From contig OX597828.1 of assembly GCA_951406725.2 (NCBI GenBank), positions 38,378,001 to 38,442,000 on the forward strand: a DNA stretch of 64,000 bases. The letters run 5' to 3'. Origin of the DNA: Octopus vulgaris. Lineage: Eukaryota. The notes under the pieces are model-generated. The model had not been told where the DNA came from and searched no databases. It saw only the letters and a program-made list of their open reading frames with translations. This document shows positions 1 to 14,561 of the stretch, in pieces. How positions within the stretch are numbered: the first letter of the stretch is position 1; each line of letters starts with the position of its first letter. The position numbers and the translations under genes are program-made.

Positions 1-600
1 AACTTCCCGGTTAGCCTAGAGGTAGAAGATATGAATCCTAAAAAGCACAGTACTAAGAATGTTGCCTATGTGCAAAAGACTAATATAAAGGAAAATATAG
101 AAATCACATCTAGAGAAGGTGAAGCGAATGCAATTAATAGAAATATTAGAACTATTGAATGCGATTGTACAAGGAACAGGGTCTTTCCACTTAACTCTAA
201 CTGTAGGCATAAAAATAGCGTATACAGATGTAAGATTACCTCAGAGACTAGAGAGTATTTCTATTTAGAAGTTAGCTCATGTTATATTAAACAGAGAATT
301 GTCAATCATTTAAGTTCGTTTAGAAATTGAAACAAAATGAATACTACCAACTCTAGTAAGCTGATTTGGGCACTAAAAGATAATAAAGTATTTTCGATTG
401 CGTGGGAAATAATTAGTAAGGTAAATCCTTATAGAATAGGCGATAATAGATGTGGCTTTTGTAAGATATGTACAAAATTTTGGTAAGAAATGTACCAAAT
501 TTTCACTTCTAAATTTACTCTTATAATTACTAGATAGGAACAGGCTATGAGATATCAACACTGGGCAAAATATACGTTAAAACGATTTAAAGAAGCAATT
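1..600 (+). mobile_element. Degenerate Penelope-like element fragment (GIY-YIG endonuclease region)
   Basis: Translation ECDCTRNRVFPLNSNCRHKNSVYRCKI..YFYLEVSSCYIKQRIVNHLSSFRN*NKMNTTNSSKLIWALKDNK..IAWEII matches the CxC..CPL..C / VY / YIG..FKxR..NH..SF / LSK.IW.LK pattern of Penelope GIY-YIG; stops present. Confidence 0.7.
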
Positions 601-1109
601 TACCATTTATAGTAATTATACTACTTCAAATAATGATTGTGATACTAATAAATATAATTATAATAATAATAGCAATAATATTAATTGAGGGTATAAACCC
701 AAATTAAGTGGAATACCTCTGAATAAATAATGTATTCCATACAGCAAAATGTAAGTAAAATGTAAACAAAACTGCTAGAATTAGTAGTTATATAAATAAA
801 TATTTTCAAACCACGATTCAACTGTAAAACCCGTGGAGGTGATTGTAAGACCAGAATTCAGTTCGATTTAAAGAGTAGAGCTATCAGCTTTAACGCAGGA
901 ACCTTGTTTGAATTAGTTCACTTTGAAAACGTCGTAAACGATGGACCTTTGAGGAAATTGCAGAGACTAGGATGCATAATTGCATACAGAGCAATGTGTA
1001 GTTTCCGCAGTAGAAATATATGTTGGTGATTGGTGTATATGCTGTAGAAAACTTTTGATGAAAAGTTTTGGCTGTGAATAAATCTCCACTCCTCTCTCGG
1101 TTTTCAGTT

Positions 1110-1179
<70 letters not shown>

Positions 1180-1216
1180 GGTGGGGGGGGGACAAACATA
1201 GACACACAAGCATACA

Positions 1217-1261
<45 letters not shown>

Positions 1262-1268
1262 CACACAC

Positions 1269-1299
<31 letters not shown>

Positions 1300-1842
1300 C
1301 GACGAGCTTCTTTCAGTTTCCGTCTACCAAATCCACTCACAAAGCTTTGGTCGGCCCGAGGCTACAGTAGAAGACACTTGCCCACCCAGTGGGTAATTAT
1401 ATATATATATATATATATGATATAATTATATTACGTAACTGTATGTATGATGTATATAAAGTTATATATGTGATCATATCTACCTATCTATATGTATGTG
1501 TGTGTGTGTGTATTGGAATGTGTGTATGCACATATGCATAGCAACAACAACAGCAAGTTAAGGTATCACAACTATTGTGATATTTTAGAGTGTCCTATGT
1601 GGATACACTAAGCTATTATCTTTAACGTTAATCCGTCTAACTGCAAACTGATAAATGAAAAATACACTCGGAAATCCCCGACGGCAGTTGTTCAGACCCG
1701 TTTCACTGTGTCAAGTGATTCAGCGATGAGTCATACCTATGAAGGGATAATATTCTATCACAGGTAGCATTTTTAGGTTAGGTTTATATAAACGTACTTA
1801 ACACGCACAAATAAGGAAGCAGAGGTACACACTAACACACAC

Positions 1843-1880
<38 letters not shown>

Positions 1881-2983
1881 CTTCATACATACATACAATT
1901 ATACATACATACATGCACCCACAAACACACACACACACACATGACTATGCAGAATACTGCTTAGCGGTATTTCGTCTGCCGCTACGTTCCACCGAGGTCG
2001 ACTTTGCCTTTCGGGGGCCGAAAGTACTAGTTACGCACACACACATACACACACACACAACAACAACAACAACAGCAACTACAAAGACATCGCCTTGAGC
2101 TGACGTGAAAATTCTTCATGTTATTGCTTAGCCTGCTAAAAATAGCAGCCAAATCACTTTCAATATTTTATTGGATAAAGCAGTTTTAGATAAAGTGCGG
2201 CTGTAAAAGAAAAATAATAAAACAGACTGGATCGTCACTTCTGGAACGCTTTTGATTTCAGATCTGATTACTGACCTGCAATAACATCGAAATATTGGCA
2301 GTGAATTCAATCTCAACAATTATTAGGTGCCATTGCCCCACCACCACCATCCACACACATACGCGCACACACACACACACATACACACACACACACACGT
2401 GCCCCTTTCCAGTACTGCAAATACTTGCGTTGATTCTTTTGAATGTTTAGCCCCAGGTCAGTCCTGCTCGAGAAGACCTGCAATCAAGGGAGTTCCATCC
2501 ATGACTACAACAGTCCATTCTAAATTGTATACGTGGTATAACTGGAACTAGAAACGTTTATCAGTTTGTAAGACGATAATGTGTTATTTGCAGCGAGGTG
2601 ATTGGCAATTTCTAGCAGAGCAGAGGACCATACACAGACTCCTTCATTGGCATCTCCGTAAAAACATGTAAACCATATTATATGTATAAGAGCTGAGATA
2701 CCGTGTGGCTGATGTGTGTTTAGCTTGTAACTCTCTGCTCAATAAATAGATAACTGGTATCACCAGGCTTTTAAGTGCAGCGTTAATAAACGGTGAGTGG
2801 GAGAGGAGGGAATGACTGCCCTCCACTAAATTTGCTGCTGTAAGGTCTGTCAAAACAGCGACCCTGGTTTCGCTGGATGCTTCCAATTTGGGTTAGTATT
2901 TGGAATTTCCTAACAAAATGAAGGCTCCTCTATTAGTCTTGAAGAACGTGTAAAGTTTTGTAGGGCACCCTGTTTTTCCTTAG

Positions 2984-3003
2984 GTGAATGAGCCCTTTTT
3001 CAG
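2984..3003 (+). CDS. Candidate 20-nt micro-exon (VNEPFF..)
   Basis: tttttccttAG acceptor and CAG|GTAAGT donor; only one open frame; phase partner not firmly identified. Confidence 0.25.
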
Positions 3004-3153
3004 GTAAGTGCATGACATTTGCTTTTTTTGCATTTTGGTTTCTTTTCAACGTGTACTTTTCTTTTTATTCTTTTCGTTTAAAATCATCCGTTTTTGGCAT
3101 CCTATCTTTATAATGTTACCAATTCGTCGCCCCTGTTACAATTAATCAAACGC

Positions 3154-3211
<58 letters not shown>

Positions 3212-5019
3212 CCTTTCGGGGACGATAGAATAAAATACCACTCATATAATGGGGTCGATATAATGAATTAGCCGCCCTCTCCCATAAAATTTCAGGTCTT
3301 GAGCTTTTACTAAAAAGTATTATTACTAAAAGCAAAAACCGAAGTCGATTACGCTTGTCATTTTTGAGCACTGGGGTCGATATAAGCTCGACTTACCCCA
3401 ACTCCAATATTCCAGGACATGTGCCTGTAATAAAAAGAATTGCTATTATTATTATTATTATCTTATGAAAACTCTCAGCTTATTTTGCTAGGTATGATGG
3501 AAAGTGTCAGCTGTCCACAGCCAGCAGACTAAGGTAACACTTGGTCGTGCTTCAAGAACCCTGCGAAGAATTCTTGCAGTTCCAAACAATGCTGATTTCT
3601 GAAGGTGTTCTACCTTCACATTTGCACCAATCTTTTTGAGTCGTGCTGGTAGCTGAGTGCTGATACTTCCTGCTGTTGTTGTTGTTGTATCAAGAACAAT
3701 GAATTAGCAGAATCGTTTGGGCGTTAGACAAATTGCCTTGCGATATTCACCCCGGTTCTTTATATTTTGAATTCAAATCCTTCGAGTGTCTTCATAGCCC
3801 TTCATTCTTGCAAGGTTCTTAAAACAATGAACCAATCAAATACTGAGATCGACGATTTAATATTCTCACTTCTCCTTCAACTTTGTAACTACATTAAAAA
3901 CAACCATTATTGTTATTGTTAAACAACAAGCTTAAAACGCTGCAACCCCAAAATGTCTCTTTATATATTTAAATTGCCTAAGGAAACTTTTTCACGAAGA
4001 ACAGAGTTGTGGCTAACATACTTCTTGTAAGTGAACCAAAACGAATTTTAACACATATATTTAAATATATATGATTTGTTGAAGAAGTCTAATAAGACTT
4101 GAACATGCCCAGAATTGTTTAGTGGGATTTTTCACCGCAACATTTTTAGTGGTAAATTTTTTTGTTCCTTATGTTATACGTAATATTAAGTCATATATAA
4201 AATTTATATATAATAGTAAATTATATATAGAATATAACATTGAATTACTCGAGAATTTAAATCGTAAAGTTTAAACATAGTTTTAATAACAATGTAGAAA
4301 ATTTCTCACAGGGATAGAAATTTAGAGCAATACACAGCGAGTCCTCAAACTATTGAAACAAGTTTCTAATATTACATCCTGTACAGCAAGCAAAAGGATT
4401 TCCTTGGTTTTCGACAATGGATTTTCAGTTTTTTTCAGTTTTGCTCAGTGAATTAGCGTTTAAGGGCTGAGCATTCCACGTACATAATACTCGAGCAAAA
4501 TCAGCGTGATGCAGTGGGACAAGGTTGTACTAACGAGTTATAGGTACAACCTGTCCTCTTGACGGCTTCTTCACAGTTTCCGTTTGGCCAATTTCAGCCA
4601 CAAAGGGTTGGTAGGCTCAAGGTTTCTTTAATAAAAGTAATTTGCCCAAGATGCCAATCTGTCAAATCGAACCTGGGACACTGCGATTGCAATGTGAACT
4701 GCTTAATCATTCGGCTACACTGCGTTTATAGTAATGTAGATATATTATATAGAATATGTTTAGCATCAATCTAAATATTCAAAGTTATTTATGCAACAGG
4801 TTTAAAAGTAAAAATAAAATCGTTATAAAATGGCGGTGCCCCAGCATGGCCACAGCTCAAGAGCTGAAACTGGAAAACATAAACATAAATAAATAAAAGT
4901 AAATGTGTGTGTGTATGTCTATGTGAATGTATAAATCCACGTTCGTGAGTGAGTGTATATGTTTATATAATTTTGTCATAAAAGAATTTGGGGTTACTTT
5001 ATCCTGGGCTTCGTCACTG

Positions 5020-5335
5020 CTGAAGGAGGAACCCTTACCTAGATTCCTTCCACTGCTGTCTGTCTCTGGCCAGTCGTGACTATGTAGGCCCCAGGCAGCG
5101 GGTGAGATCATCTCACCATCTTGGTCGGCCTCTTGATCTTGTCTATTGTCTTGGTGTCCATTCCGTCGCCCTGATTATCTCTTTGTTGTCCTTGAGTCTC
5201 GCGATGTGACCAGCCCATCGATATTTGTTCACTTTGATGGTTCTTACGATGTCCACTTTCATGTGCTGGGATTGAAAAGCGTAAATGGAAGAAAAAGCTC
5301 GTATCAGGTGATCACTCTGAATATCTCAATTTCCT
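5020..5335 (-). mobile_element. RTE-like LINE 3' fragment
   Basis: Minus strand reads WAGHIAR..EWTP...RGRP, typical of the RTE ORF C-terminus. Confidence 0.6.
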
Positions 5336-5716
5336 TTAACTGCTAACTAATAACACATGACATAATTAAATCACGGGCTCTTTGTTTTTGGTTTTTTTGT
5401 TTTTTTTTTGCTGAATACAAATTTTAAAAATCAAGATTACTATCTAATATTTTAGTATTTTACTTGACAAAAAAACAAACGCATATTAACCACAGAAGTC
5501 ACCGCAGAGAAGCTTAGGAATAAATCAACTTTGTATATATATTCATATATACACTCGTACATGCCTCTTCATAACTATATATGTGTGCATCTAAATGTGA
5601 TATGTGAAATATATGAAGCTTTCGCTATGAAATATAATAATATAGTTTTATTTAAAAGAAACGCAAATTCTTTCTTTTTTTTTTCATTATTATTTGAATT
5701 TTTCATTATATCTCAG

Positions 5717-5740
5717 ATATCGAATTTGAAATCTTTTCAA
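5717..5740 (+). CDS. Candidate micro-exon of the myosin motor domain (ISNLKSFQ)
   Basis: Pyrimidine-rich tract + CAG acceptor and GTAAGT donor; 24 nt, phase 0-0; joins in frame to give ..SFQKSLRQLQ.., resembling myosin 'FKxSLxxLM'. Confidence 0.4.
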
Positions 5741-6140
5741 GTAAGTAGTGTTTTAATAATGAGTACACTGAATCCCACACGTTGGCATGTATAGCACACA
5801 ACCTCTTAGACTACTCCAAGGTCAGAGGTGGCATTTCGCTAGTAGTTCTGTGAAGCACATTGAGCACAAGTGGTAATATAGCAGTAGTGGTAGTTATAGT
5901 ATTCGTAGTCGTGGTGGCGGTGATGATGAGATGAAAGTGGAGTTGGGGCTTCTATGTAAATTAATTAATGAATGTGTGGTGGCGGTAATAAGTAATGTGT
6001 AATGCAATTGTTGTTATTGTTGTTGTTGTCAGTTATTGCTCCATGTTTTTTTTCTTTTTTTCGTTCTTTTTTGTTTCTTTTTTGCGGCTGTGGTTCTACT
6101 ATCATATTTCACTTGTAGACTAATCTTTATTTACTACTTA

Positions 6141-6175
<35 letters not shown>

Positions 6176-6190
6176 GTATATATGTAAGCA

Positions 6191-6269
<79 letters not shown>

Positions 6270-6499
6270 ATACCCGCATACCGGACGCCTAGGAGTATTC
6301 GAATTCTTGTCCGTTGGTAGTAAAAACTGAACTCCCATATCACAAAATCTCGAATGCAGCCAGTTCGAATTTGGAATGGATTTGTCTGCTTCCGGTAGCT
6401 GAATCACAAAAAGAATTATCTTGCAGCAAATATCAGTCGTTTAAAGAAAACAATACGGATTTCTACAAGCTCAACTCAACCGAAAATTCCTGCAAAAAA

Positions 6500-6982
6500 G
6501 ACTGCTATTGACAAGTGCAGATGACATTCAATCTTAAATCCGCAGAAGTCAAAACAACTGATGACAAACCAAAGTCTATTAAATCCAAAGCTGTATTAAT
6601 TAGCATCATATACCTGACTTTTGCTCTGCTATTAGAGCCATCTAATTCCCAATTATAACAGCACCAACGCCAATGGAAGCTAAAGACAATGGCATTTGGG
6701 CAGATGATGAAGTAATTTCGAATCATTGGACTGAATTCTTCAACAATCTATTGAGCAGGTCACCAACAGTCTTTGATAGCTATGGTGTTGATTTTCCCAT
6801 TTTCTCCAAGCAGCCATGAATGTTATCACCTCGAATTCATAAGGGACAAGATATTGTCATCTGCCAAATGTGTCATAACGAAGCGCCTAGTCCCAGTTCT
6901 ATTCCTGTTGAAATCTGTGTAAGCAATGAGGAAGATCTTTGAAAACCCATTTCTGGCAATTGTTCCTACAAATATGGAAAAG

Positions 6983-6985
<3 letters not shown>
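6500..6985 (+). mobile_element. Degenerate LINE (RTE-like) fragment upstream of the RT domain
   Basis: HWTEFFNNLLSR and NEAPSPSSIPVEI (resembling KAPGPDGIPAE) motifs; multiple disruptions. Confidence 0.45.
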
Positions 6986-7056
<71 letters not shown>

Positions 7057-7059
<3 letters not shown>

Positions 7060-8215
7060 AGTCATCCCATAAATAATGTAGGTTTTTCAATTGCATGAGC
7101 TAAAAGTCGGAATGGAGACGAGATAAATTACTTGCATCAACTTGCTATAAAAGTAGGTAATAATTTTGTCTTTATTCTTAATGTAAGTTTTGAAGAGTGC
7201 AGTTCGATTTTATTTTTCAAAGCTATAATGGAAGTGACAAAGGAACTCAATAAAGGCAACAACGCACCAGAAAGTGCGATGAATATTAATGCAGTATATG
7301 GAGATCGGAAAATAAGCTTAAGCTAGTGTCAATGATGGTTCCAGAAATTCCGAGCCGGAAACTACAGCCTAGAAGACAAGCCTCGTCCTGGAAGATTTGT
7401 AGAGCTCGATGTGGACATCCTGCAAACCCTGATGGACCAAAATCCCATCGCAACTGTTGAGAAACTAGCAGAGAAGCTTCGATTTGGTCATTCAACTATT
7501 TACCAACAGCTGCATGCCATCGGAAAAGTCGGCAAATTGGGACAATGTGTTCCTCATAAACTTTCCGAGTTTAATCGCGTGCAGAGAGTGAATGTGTGCT
7601 CCTCTTTACTATCACGTCTCACGAATGAACCTTTTTTTCGACTGAATAGTGACTGGCGTTGAGAAATAGGTTCTCTACAAAAATGTCAAAAAAATGGGAT
7701 ATGAAAGGTTTAATTCACTTTGAACTTTTAAACCTAAACCAAACGATAACAAAGGAGATCTGCTGCGAACAGCTTGAGCGACTGAAGTCAGCGCTAGAAG
7801 AAAAACGACCATCTTTGGTTTCAAGACGAAAGGTGTTCTTCCATCAGGATAATGCTCAGCCATATACAGCGAGGATGACATCCCAAAAGCTGGAGCAGTT
7901 TGAATGGGAAACGTTGCCCCACCCACCATATTCGCCGGATATTACCCCATCTGATTATCATTTATTCTGCAGTTTTCAAAATCATTTCAACGGAAAAAAT
8001 ATGAATTCTGTAGATGAGGTCAGAACAGTACTGGAAGAGTATTTTTCGACACGGACAAGTGAATTTAAGAAAAAGGGCCTTGCAAATCTACCAGATAGAT
8101 GAAAGAGTATTGTAGAAAATGAAGGGAAGTATATTTTAGATTTTAAAAAAACTTCATCTTAATTTTGGAAAATAAAAGAAGTATAAAAAAACCGCATTAT
8201 TTATGGGATGACCCA

Positions 8216-8216
<1 letters not shown>
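7057..8216 (+). mobile_element. Mariner (Tc1/mariner) DNA transposon, defective
   Basis: TIRs TTGAGTCATCCCATAAATAATGTAGGTTTTT / AAAAACCGCATTATTTATGGGATGACCCAA flanked by TA; transposase motifs VPHKL, FHQDNAQP, YSPDITPSDYHLF; stops, frameshifts and an internal deletion. Confidence 0.95.
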
Positions 8217-8251
<35 letters not shown>

Positions 8252-8285
8252 TTTTTATACTCTTTTACTTGTTTCAGCCATCCGG

Positions 8286-8344
<59 letters not shown>

Positions 8345-8698
8345 TATATACATATATATAGCCTGTAACGGCATTATACAAGTTGTTCAAATGCAAAAGC
8401 CACATTGATTCCATTAAGATTTAAGGAGTGTTAACTTCTTGACTATGTCTTCACGAGACATTATGTTAGAAACTAAATCAAAAGTCATTGGTCTGCGAGA
8501 AGCTTTAAAGTTTTATTATAAATCCCCATATGTTGAGGACCAAGGCTAGGAGTTATATCCAGAGAAAAAGGGCAACACTGATTCTGAAAAACCTCAAGAG
8601 TTTCCTACAGCTTCAAATAACTCTCGCGTGTAACCAAACTGGGAGGTGACGTTCTCTGGAAGCCCTTCCTGATGAGACACACTCAAATGATGGAAATA

Positions 8699-8916
8699 CA
8701 GAAATCCCTCGCCATATCGCGGTTCACCTATCGCGATTTATTATTTAAGCTTACGTCTATTCCTCAGTGGTGTAGTTTTGCATTTATTATAAAATAAATA
8801 TATACAAGTAATAAAAATACTTTTAATAATATACAGTACAGTACTGTTTCTACTTCGCAGATTTTCACCTATCGCGGGGGTGGGGTGTAACATCCGCAAT
8901 AGTCGAGGGATTACTG
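8699..8916. mobile_element. Pogo/Tigger-like MITE
   Basis: TA|CAGAAATCCCTCG ... CGAGGGATTACTG|TA terminal inverted repeats. Confidence 0.7.
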
Positions 8917-10114
8917 TAATGCCATTTTGATTATATGGATTAATAAAAAAAAAAGCAGACATTGTAGATTGCTATGCAGATTAGAAATATTCTATCCGCA
9001 AAAGAAAACCATATTTTTAGACACATAGGGATTTGTAGGAGTTGTTTGATTCAGTTACTTGTAGACATCTCAGACTCGTTTTAAGGTGTTTTCTATCTAG
9101 AGAAATAAACCAACATCTACGGACAGCCTGCGTGGTCGCTCGAATAGCAACCAAATCTCTCTCAAATTACGTCCTGCCGCTTTAAAAATGAAACGGCACA
9201 TTGTCATTGATATAAAAAGAAGCAGGATGGTTGCGCTTGGAATGTCTCTTAGCCATCTGTTTGTCTGATCTGGACCGATCCGGAGTTAAACAACAACAAT
9301 GGCAGTTGCAGCTTTCCAACTACAGAATGGAGATTGATTAGAATACTTGAAGCAAAAAGGAACGGATTCGCGTAAACTTTTATCAGAAACGTTCATCGTC
9401 TCTGAAACATATGTGGTATTATCATAAATTAAAAATGCCCAAAAGTTAAAAACCACCAATCTCATTATAAAGGCATTGGGTTACATTACTGAGTCAGAAG
9501 AACCACAAAAACAACTAATTTCTTTCCCATCAAGCGTAATAGCATTTCAGCAGAAATTTAGAAGCATGGTTTTGTAATGTGAGTATTATCGAAAGTTTGC
9601 ACCAGCTTAAACTTCAAAGAATGAATGCCCGTAATCTTTATGATTAACGTTAATCTTTATGAGTGTTAAGTAAAAATTATCAGAAAGTGTTTGTCTAGAC
9701 CCATTCTGAACAAAGTAAGTATACAAAACACAACATGATTTAAGAGTTGGGTGAACAAAATTAAGATTGGTATTCTGCCAACGGAAATTCCAATCGAAAA
9801 GAACTGGACAAAATTTTTGTCAGAAGACAAAACTTGAAGGTCTAAAGATATTAATCGAAATATTAGTGGTGCAATTTCACATGATGATCTGTCACGTGTT
9901 AATTCGTGTCACGTGATTGTTTTGCTTTGTTGTCTTTCGTTCATATTTTTCGAGGAGGAGGGATGATACTTTTTGATATTTTCTTTGGGTTCTTTTGTTT
10001 ATTTGTTTGTTTTTTTATGTTAATTTTAACTTAATATCTGTTGGGTGAGTCTGCCTTTAGAATTAACTTCAGAAATAATATTTAATATTACTCATCTTTT
10101 TCTTTAAATTCTAG

Positions 10115-10170
10115 AAATCTCTTAGACAACTTCAAACCAAATTAAATCAATCGAAGCTTTTGTTTGTCAG
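10115..10170 (+). CDS. CHS: Myosin-chitin synthase exon (myosin motor: KSLRQLQTKLNQSKLLFVR)
   Basis: TAG acceptor, AG|GTAAGA donor; phase 0-2; matches myosin SLxxLMxxLxxxxPHFVR. Confidence 0.85.
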
Positions 10171-10282
10171 GTAAGATATAATGGAATTAATGTCACGGCA
10201 GAAGCAATGTGTATATATGTGTGAGTGTGTGTGTGTGTGCGTGTGCATGCGTGCGTGCGTGTGTGTGTATGTGCGTGTGTGT

Positions 10283-10617
10283 GAGGCGCAATGGCCCAAT
10301 GGTTAGGGCAGCGAACTCGTGGTCGTAGGATCGCAGCTTCGATTCCCAGACAGGACATTGTGAGTGTTTATTGAGAGAAAACACCTAAAGCTTCACGAGG
10401 CTCCGGCACCACAACTTTTTCTCACTCTTTCTTCCTGTTTCTGTTGTACCTGTATTTCAAAGGGTCAGCCTTGTCACACTCTGTATCACGGTGAATCTCC
10501 CTGAGAACTAAAATAAGGGTACACGTGTCTGTGAAGTACAAGTTAATTTCACGAGCAGGCTGTTCCGTTGATCGGATCAACTGCAGAACCCTCGTTGTCG
10601 CAACCGACGGAGTGCCA
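10283..10617 (+). mobile_element. tRNA-derived SINE
   Basis: tRNA-like head GGCGCAATGGCCCAATGGTTAGGGC..TTCGATTCCC; body shared with copies at 34666-35053, 60507-60770 and 61447-61695. Confidence 0.8.
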
Positions 10618-11059
10618 TGATATATATATATACATATTCTTTTATTCTTTTGTGCATTTCAGCTCGAAGGCTGTGAACATATTGGGACACGGCCAGTAAC
10701 ATCACATTTTTAATGGCTTTTCTCTTGTGGTTGACTTTTGGTAAAGGAGCGAGTTTTGGGAGTTTCCTGCCGCAATCTAGGTTCATCTCGGTTCTTGGAC
10801 AACAAAAGATCAAAGAGCTTCTTGAAAATATCTAACTCCATTCTTTGAAAGTCTCTCAGATATTTTTGTCAAGATAGCGATGTAAAAGAATTGCCTGCCT
10901 TATATTTGAATGTAACATAGTTATTTGATAAAACAAGGATCAATAATATAAGCACTATGATCGATCCTAGACTTAAATCAATAAACAATAAAGACTGAAA
11001 TTAATAAAGAAACTAAAAGTTAAAATCATTAATGAGGTTGTAATTATTTTCCCCTCTAG

Positions 11060-11209
11060 ATGTCTGAAGCCGAACACCCACTTAAAACCGAACAAGTTCG
11101 ATCATCGATGCATGCAACAACAGTTGAGGGCCAGTGGGTTGACCGAAGCTGCAAATATTCGAAAAGATGGCTATCCTATAAGACTGCCATTTGCGAAATT
11201 TTCTAAAAG
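11060..11209 (+). CDS. CHS: Myosin-chitin synthase exon (motor SH2/SH1 region: CLKPNTHLKPNKFDHRCMQQQLRASGLTEAANIRKDGYPIRLPFAKFSKR)
   Basis: Clear myosin RCIKPN / QLR..G..E / IRxxGYPxR motifs; AG/GT boundaries, phase 2-2. Confidence 0.92.
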
Positions 11210-11775
11210 GTACCGTAAAGCAACCCGCTTTTTTTATATTACTTGGCATTGGTCATGTTGATAATCTTTGAATTAATAATTGTGATTGTTCTTGTTGCTG
11301 TTGTTGTTGTTGTTGTTGTTATTTTCTTTGCTGCTGCTATTGTTGTTGTTCAGTTCTCGGTCATTCCTTGTGGAGCAAACATTTTGCCAAAGATTCAAAG
11401 AGTTTTTCATTTGCAATTAACTCGTCCTTTTATGTATGTCATAAACGACGTAGTAAAATATATCCTATAGCGGCCAAGTGTCTATCAATTCAATCCCCAA
11501 CCCCGGCTCCTCATCTTGAGAGTGGAATAAAGCAACGGACAAGGTAATCCTGGATAACCATTGAAAGACTGAAAGACCTGCTTGGTCAGAGCTGAAATTC
11601 TTTTGATCATGGTTTTGCTCAATCAAGATTGATCTAAAGCAACATCATCAGCATTTATCAATATGTGTGTGTGTATGAGAGAGAGAGTGTGTGTGTGTAT
11701 AAATAAATGAATATACATATATATATATACAAGAATATATATATATACATTTGTTTTCATATATGTGTGTGTATG

Positions 11776-11885
<110 letters not shown>

Positions 11886-11987
11886 GAAAAAACAGAGATA
11901 TATCTATGTGTGTGATTTATATATTTATAAACACCTATTTTAGTTATATATTTATACATACGCACATAAATACATATATATATATAT

Positions 11988-12036
<49 letters not shown>

Positions 12037-12303
12037 CAGAGAGAGAGACATATATACAAACCTATGTATACATATGTACGTACATATTGTATAAATATAC
12101 ACACACACATACGCATACACATTCATATATGCATACATACGAACATGCATACATACATACATACATACATACATACATACATACATACATACATACATAC
12201 ATACCATACATACATATACACGTACGTACGTACATACATACGTACATGTATATATATACACACCTTACCCATTCCTTCACTCACTCGTATTAATTTAACT
12301 CAG

Positions 12304-12418
12304 GTACGGTCATTTGCTCAAATATGACTTGCAAGATCAACTAATTGAACCGCAGAAGAAATGTGAGATGATCATCAATGAAGTGAAATTACAGAACTGC
12401 GGTATTGGCAAGACCAAA
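12304..12418 (+). CDS. CHS: Myosin-chitin synthase exon (converter: YGHLLKYDLQDQLIEPQKKCEMIINEVKLQNCGIGKTK)
   Basis: CAG acceptor, GTGAGT donor, phase 2-0; myosin GKTK motif. Confidence 0.9.
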
Positions 12419-12771
12419 GTGAGTATCACCAATCGATTCAACTCTCTTCAACCCTTTTTCGTTCTCTCGTTCAACTCTTTCTCACCCGTCCTTCTTTCCT
12501 TCCTCTTTTTTTTTATTATTTATTTATTTATTTATTTCTGTTACTACCGACATGCCTTGAGCTCGCCTTGAAGGGTTTAGACGACCTAGTTGATCCAGTA
12601 CTTATTTAAGTCTGGCGCTTATTCTATCGGTATCTTTTGCCGAACCGCTATGATTACGGGGACATGAACAAACCAATGCCGGTAGTCAAGCGCTGTTAAC
12701 AGCGGGACAAATACACACACACACCCATACGCACACACATGTAGACACACGTGCACATACACACATATATA

Positions 12772-12811
<40 letters not shown>

Positions 12812-12820
<9 letters not shown>

Positions 12821-13050
12821 TTAGAGACAAAACCACTATTTTACAAAACAAACAAGGAAAGACTTAATCAATACATAAAATTTTTGACTTTTTATTAAAA
12901 TTTTATGTATTGATTAAGTCTTTCCTTGTTTGTTTTGCAAAATAGTGGTTTTGTCTCTAATAATATTATATAATATTTTACTATAAAATTGGATTTAATC
13001 CTAAATCTGATTTTTTTTCCCTGTAAATTTGGATTTATTCCCTAATATTT
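12812..13050 (+). mobile_element. Hairpin (5'-inverted) element in (TA)n, family A
   Basis: ~65-bp inverted arms (ttattagagacaaaaccactatttt..) plus a unique tail; homologous to 27975-28308. Confidence 0.75.
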
Positions 13051-14175
13051 ATATATATATATATATATATATATTGGCCTGCTCACTTAGCCAGCGGGGT
13101 GGCGTCATTCGAAGGCTAAAACAATGCGAGCGCATTGTGACCAGCGATGTGTAACAACATCTGATGGTCTGGTCGGTATATATGTATATATACATATATA
13201 TAAATATGCATTGAAAGAATGTGGAATAAGTAATCTCCAAATAAAATGGAGCATCATTGCCAAAACCAGAAAATAAGAGGACGAGGTACCGAATGTAAAC
13301 TCTGTATCATTAAAAAACTGAATACCATACAGTATACAGTAGACCGGCATTCACAAGCAATATCTCACACTTAAACACTCCAAACACCTGCGCCACTGAT
13401 CTATCCTGAACGATAAATCTGAATATACATAATACACGAACGCCACGCACAGAAAAAAAAACTCCATGACGAACTATCTCAGCACAAGCATACGAACACC
13501 ATATACACCCATAACATAATATAATGCAAAAACAAATTTACCATCCAACGTGACTGTTTGCCCAAAAGTCAAATCAAAGGGAGATAACCACTCAGAAGAT
13601 GTCGTCCAAGTGTACTACCGTTTTATTTATTGTTTTCTTTACGAGACTTTATGTTTTTATCCAAAATGGAGACGAACATCATTCCTTCATGTGATCGGCT
13701 TGAAAAATTGTTCAGATATAAGATGTTTTCCATAACATGAAACCAATAGTAGCCTTAATACACTTCACTAACTACCACGTTTCTCCAGAAGCCAAACAAC
13801 CTCCTGGTTTCCCATTTCCACTAGCCAGATTCATGGAGAACAAAAGCTACATTTCTCCCAAAGACTGACAACGAAATTCTTACAGTATGATATGAACGTA
13901 TGATTCACAAACTGAAAGTCAATAACCGTAACAGTTCAACCGTCTCTTATACTCATTTAGTACCCAACTCAAAATTGCTTATTTTATTTATTCATTCTAT
14001 TTTATTCACTTTTACGGCAAAGACCAAAGTGAAACATTTATTACATTACGTAAGCTACGTAAATGTGTGAATTAATTCAGTTGCTCATTTACATCAAAGG
14101 AATGAGTCAAAAATAATTGCGTTCAAACGCATACATATCTATTCATGCATGTATGTGTATATACATATCTATCTA

Positions 14176-14244
<69 letters not shown>

Positions 14245-14332
14245 GTATATATGTATATATGTATATATGTATATATATATATGTGTATATATGTATATCT
14301 ATATATAAATATGTATGTCTTTATATATGCAC

Positions 14333-14366
<34 letters not shown>

Positions 14367-14395
14367 TTGTATTATATACATACACATATTGTTTG

Positions 14396-14449
<54 letters not shown>

Positions 14450-14484
14450 ATGTATATATATATGTATATATATATGTATGTATG

Positions 14485-14561
<77 letters not shown>

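Noticed and set aside
3492-3533. AG..GT bounded 42-nt candidate exon
   Set aside because: Lies in or next to the 3' end of a reverse-strand RLE LINE fragment and does not phase into the next candidate exon
8668-8700. CTGATGA...GAAA hammerhead-like words
   Set aside because: No supporting stems I-III
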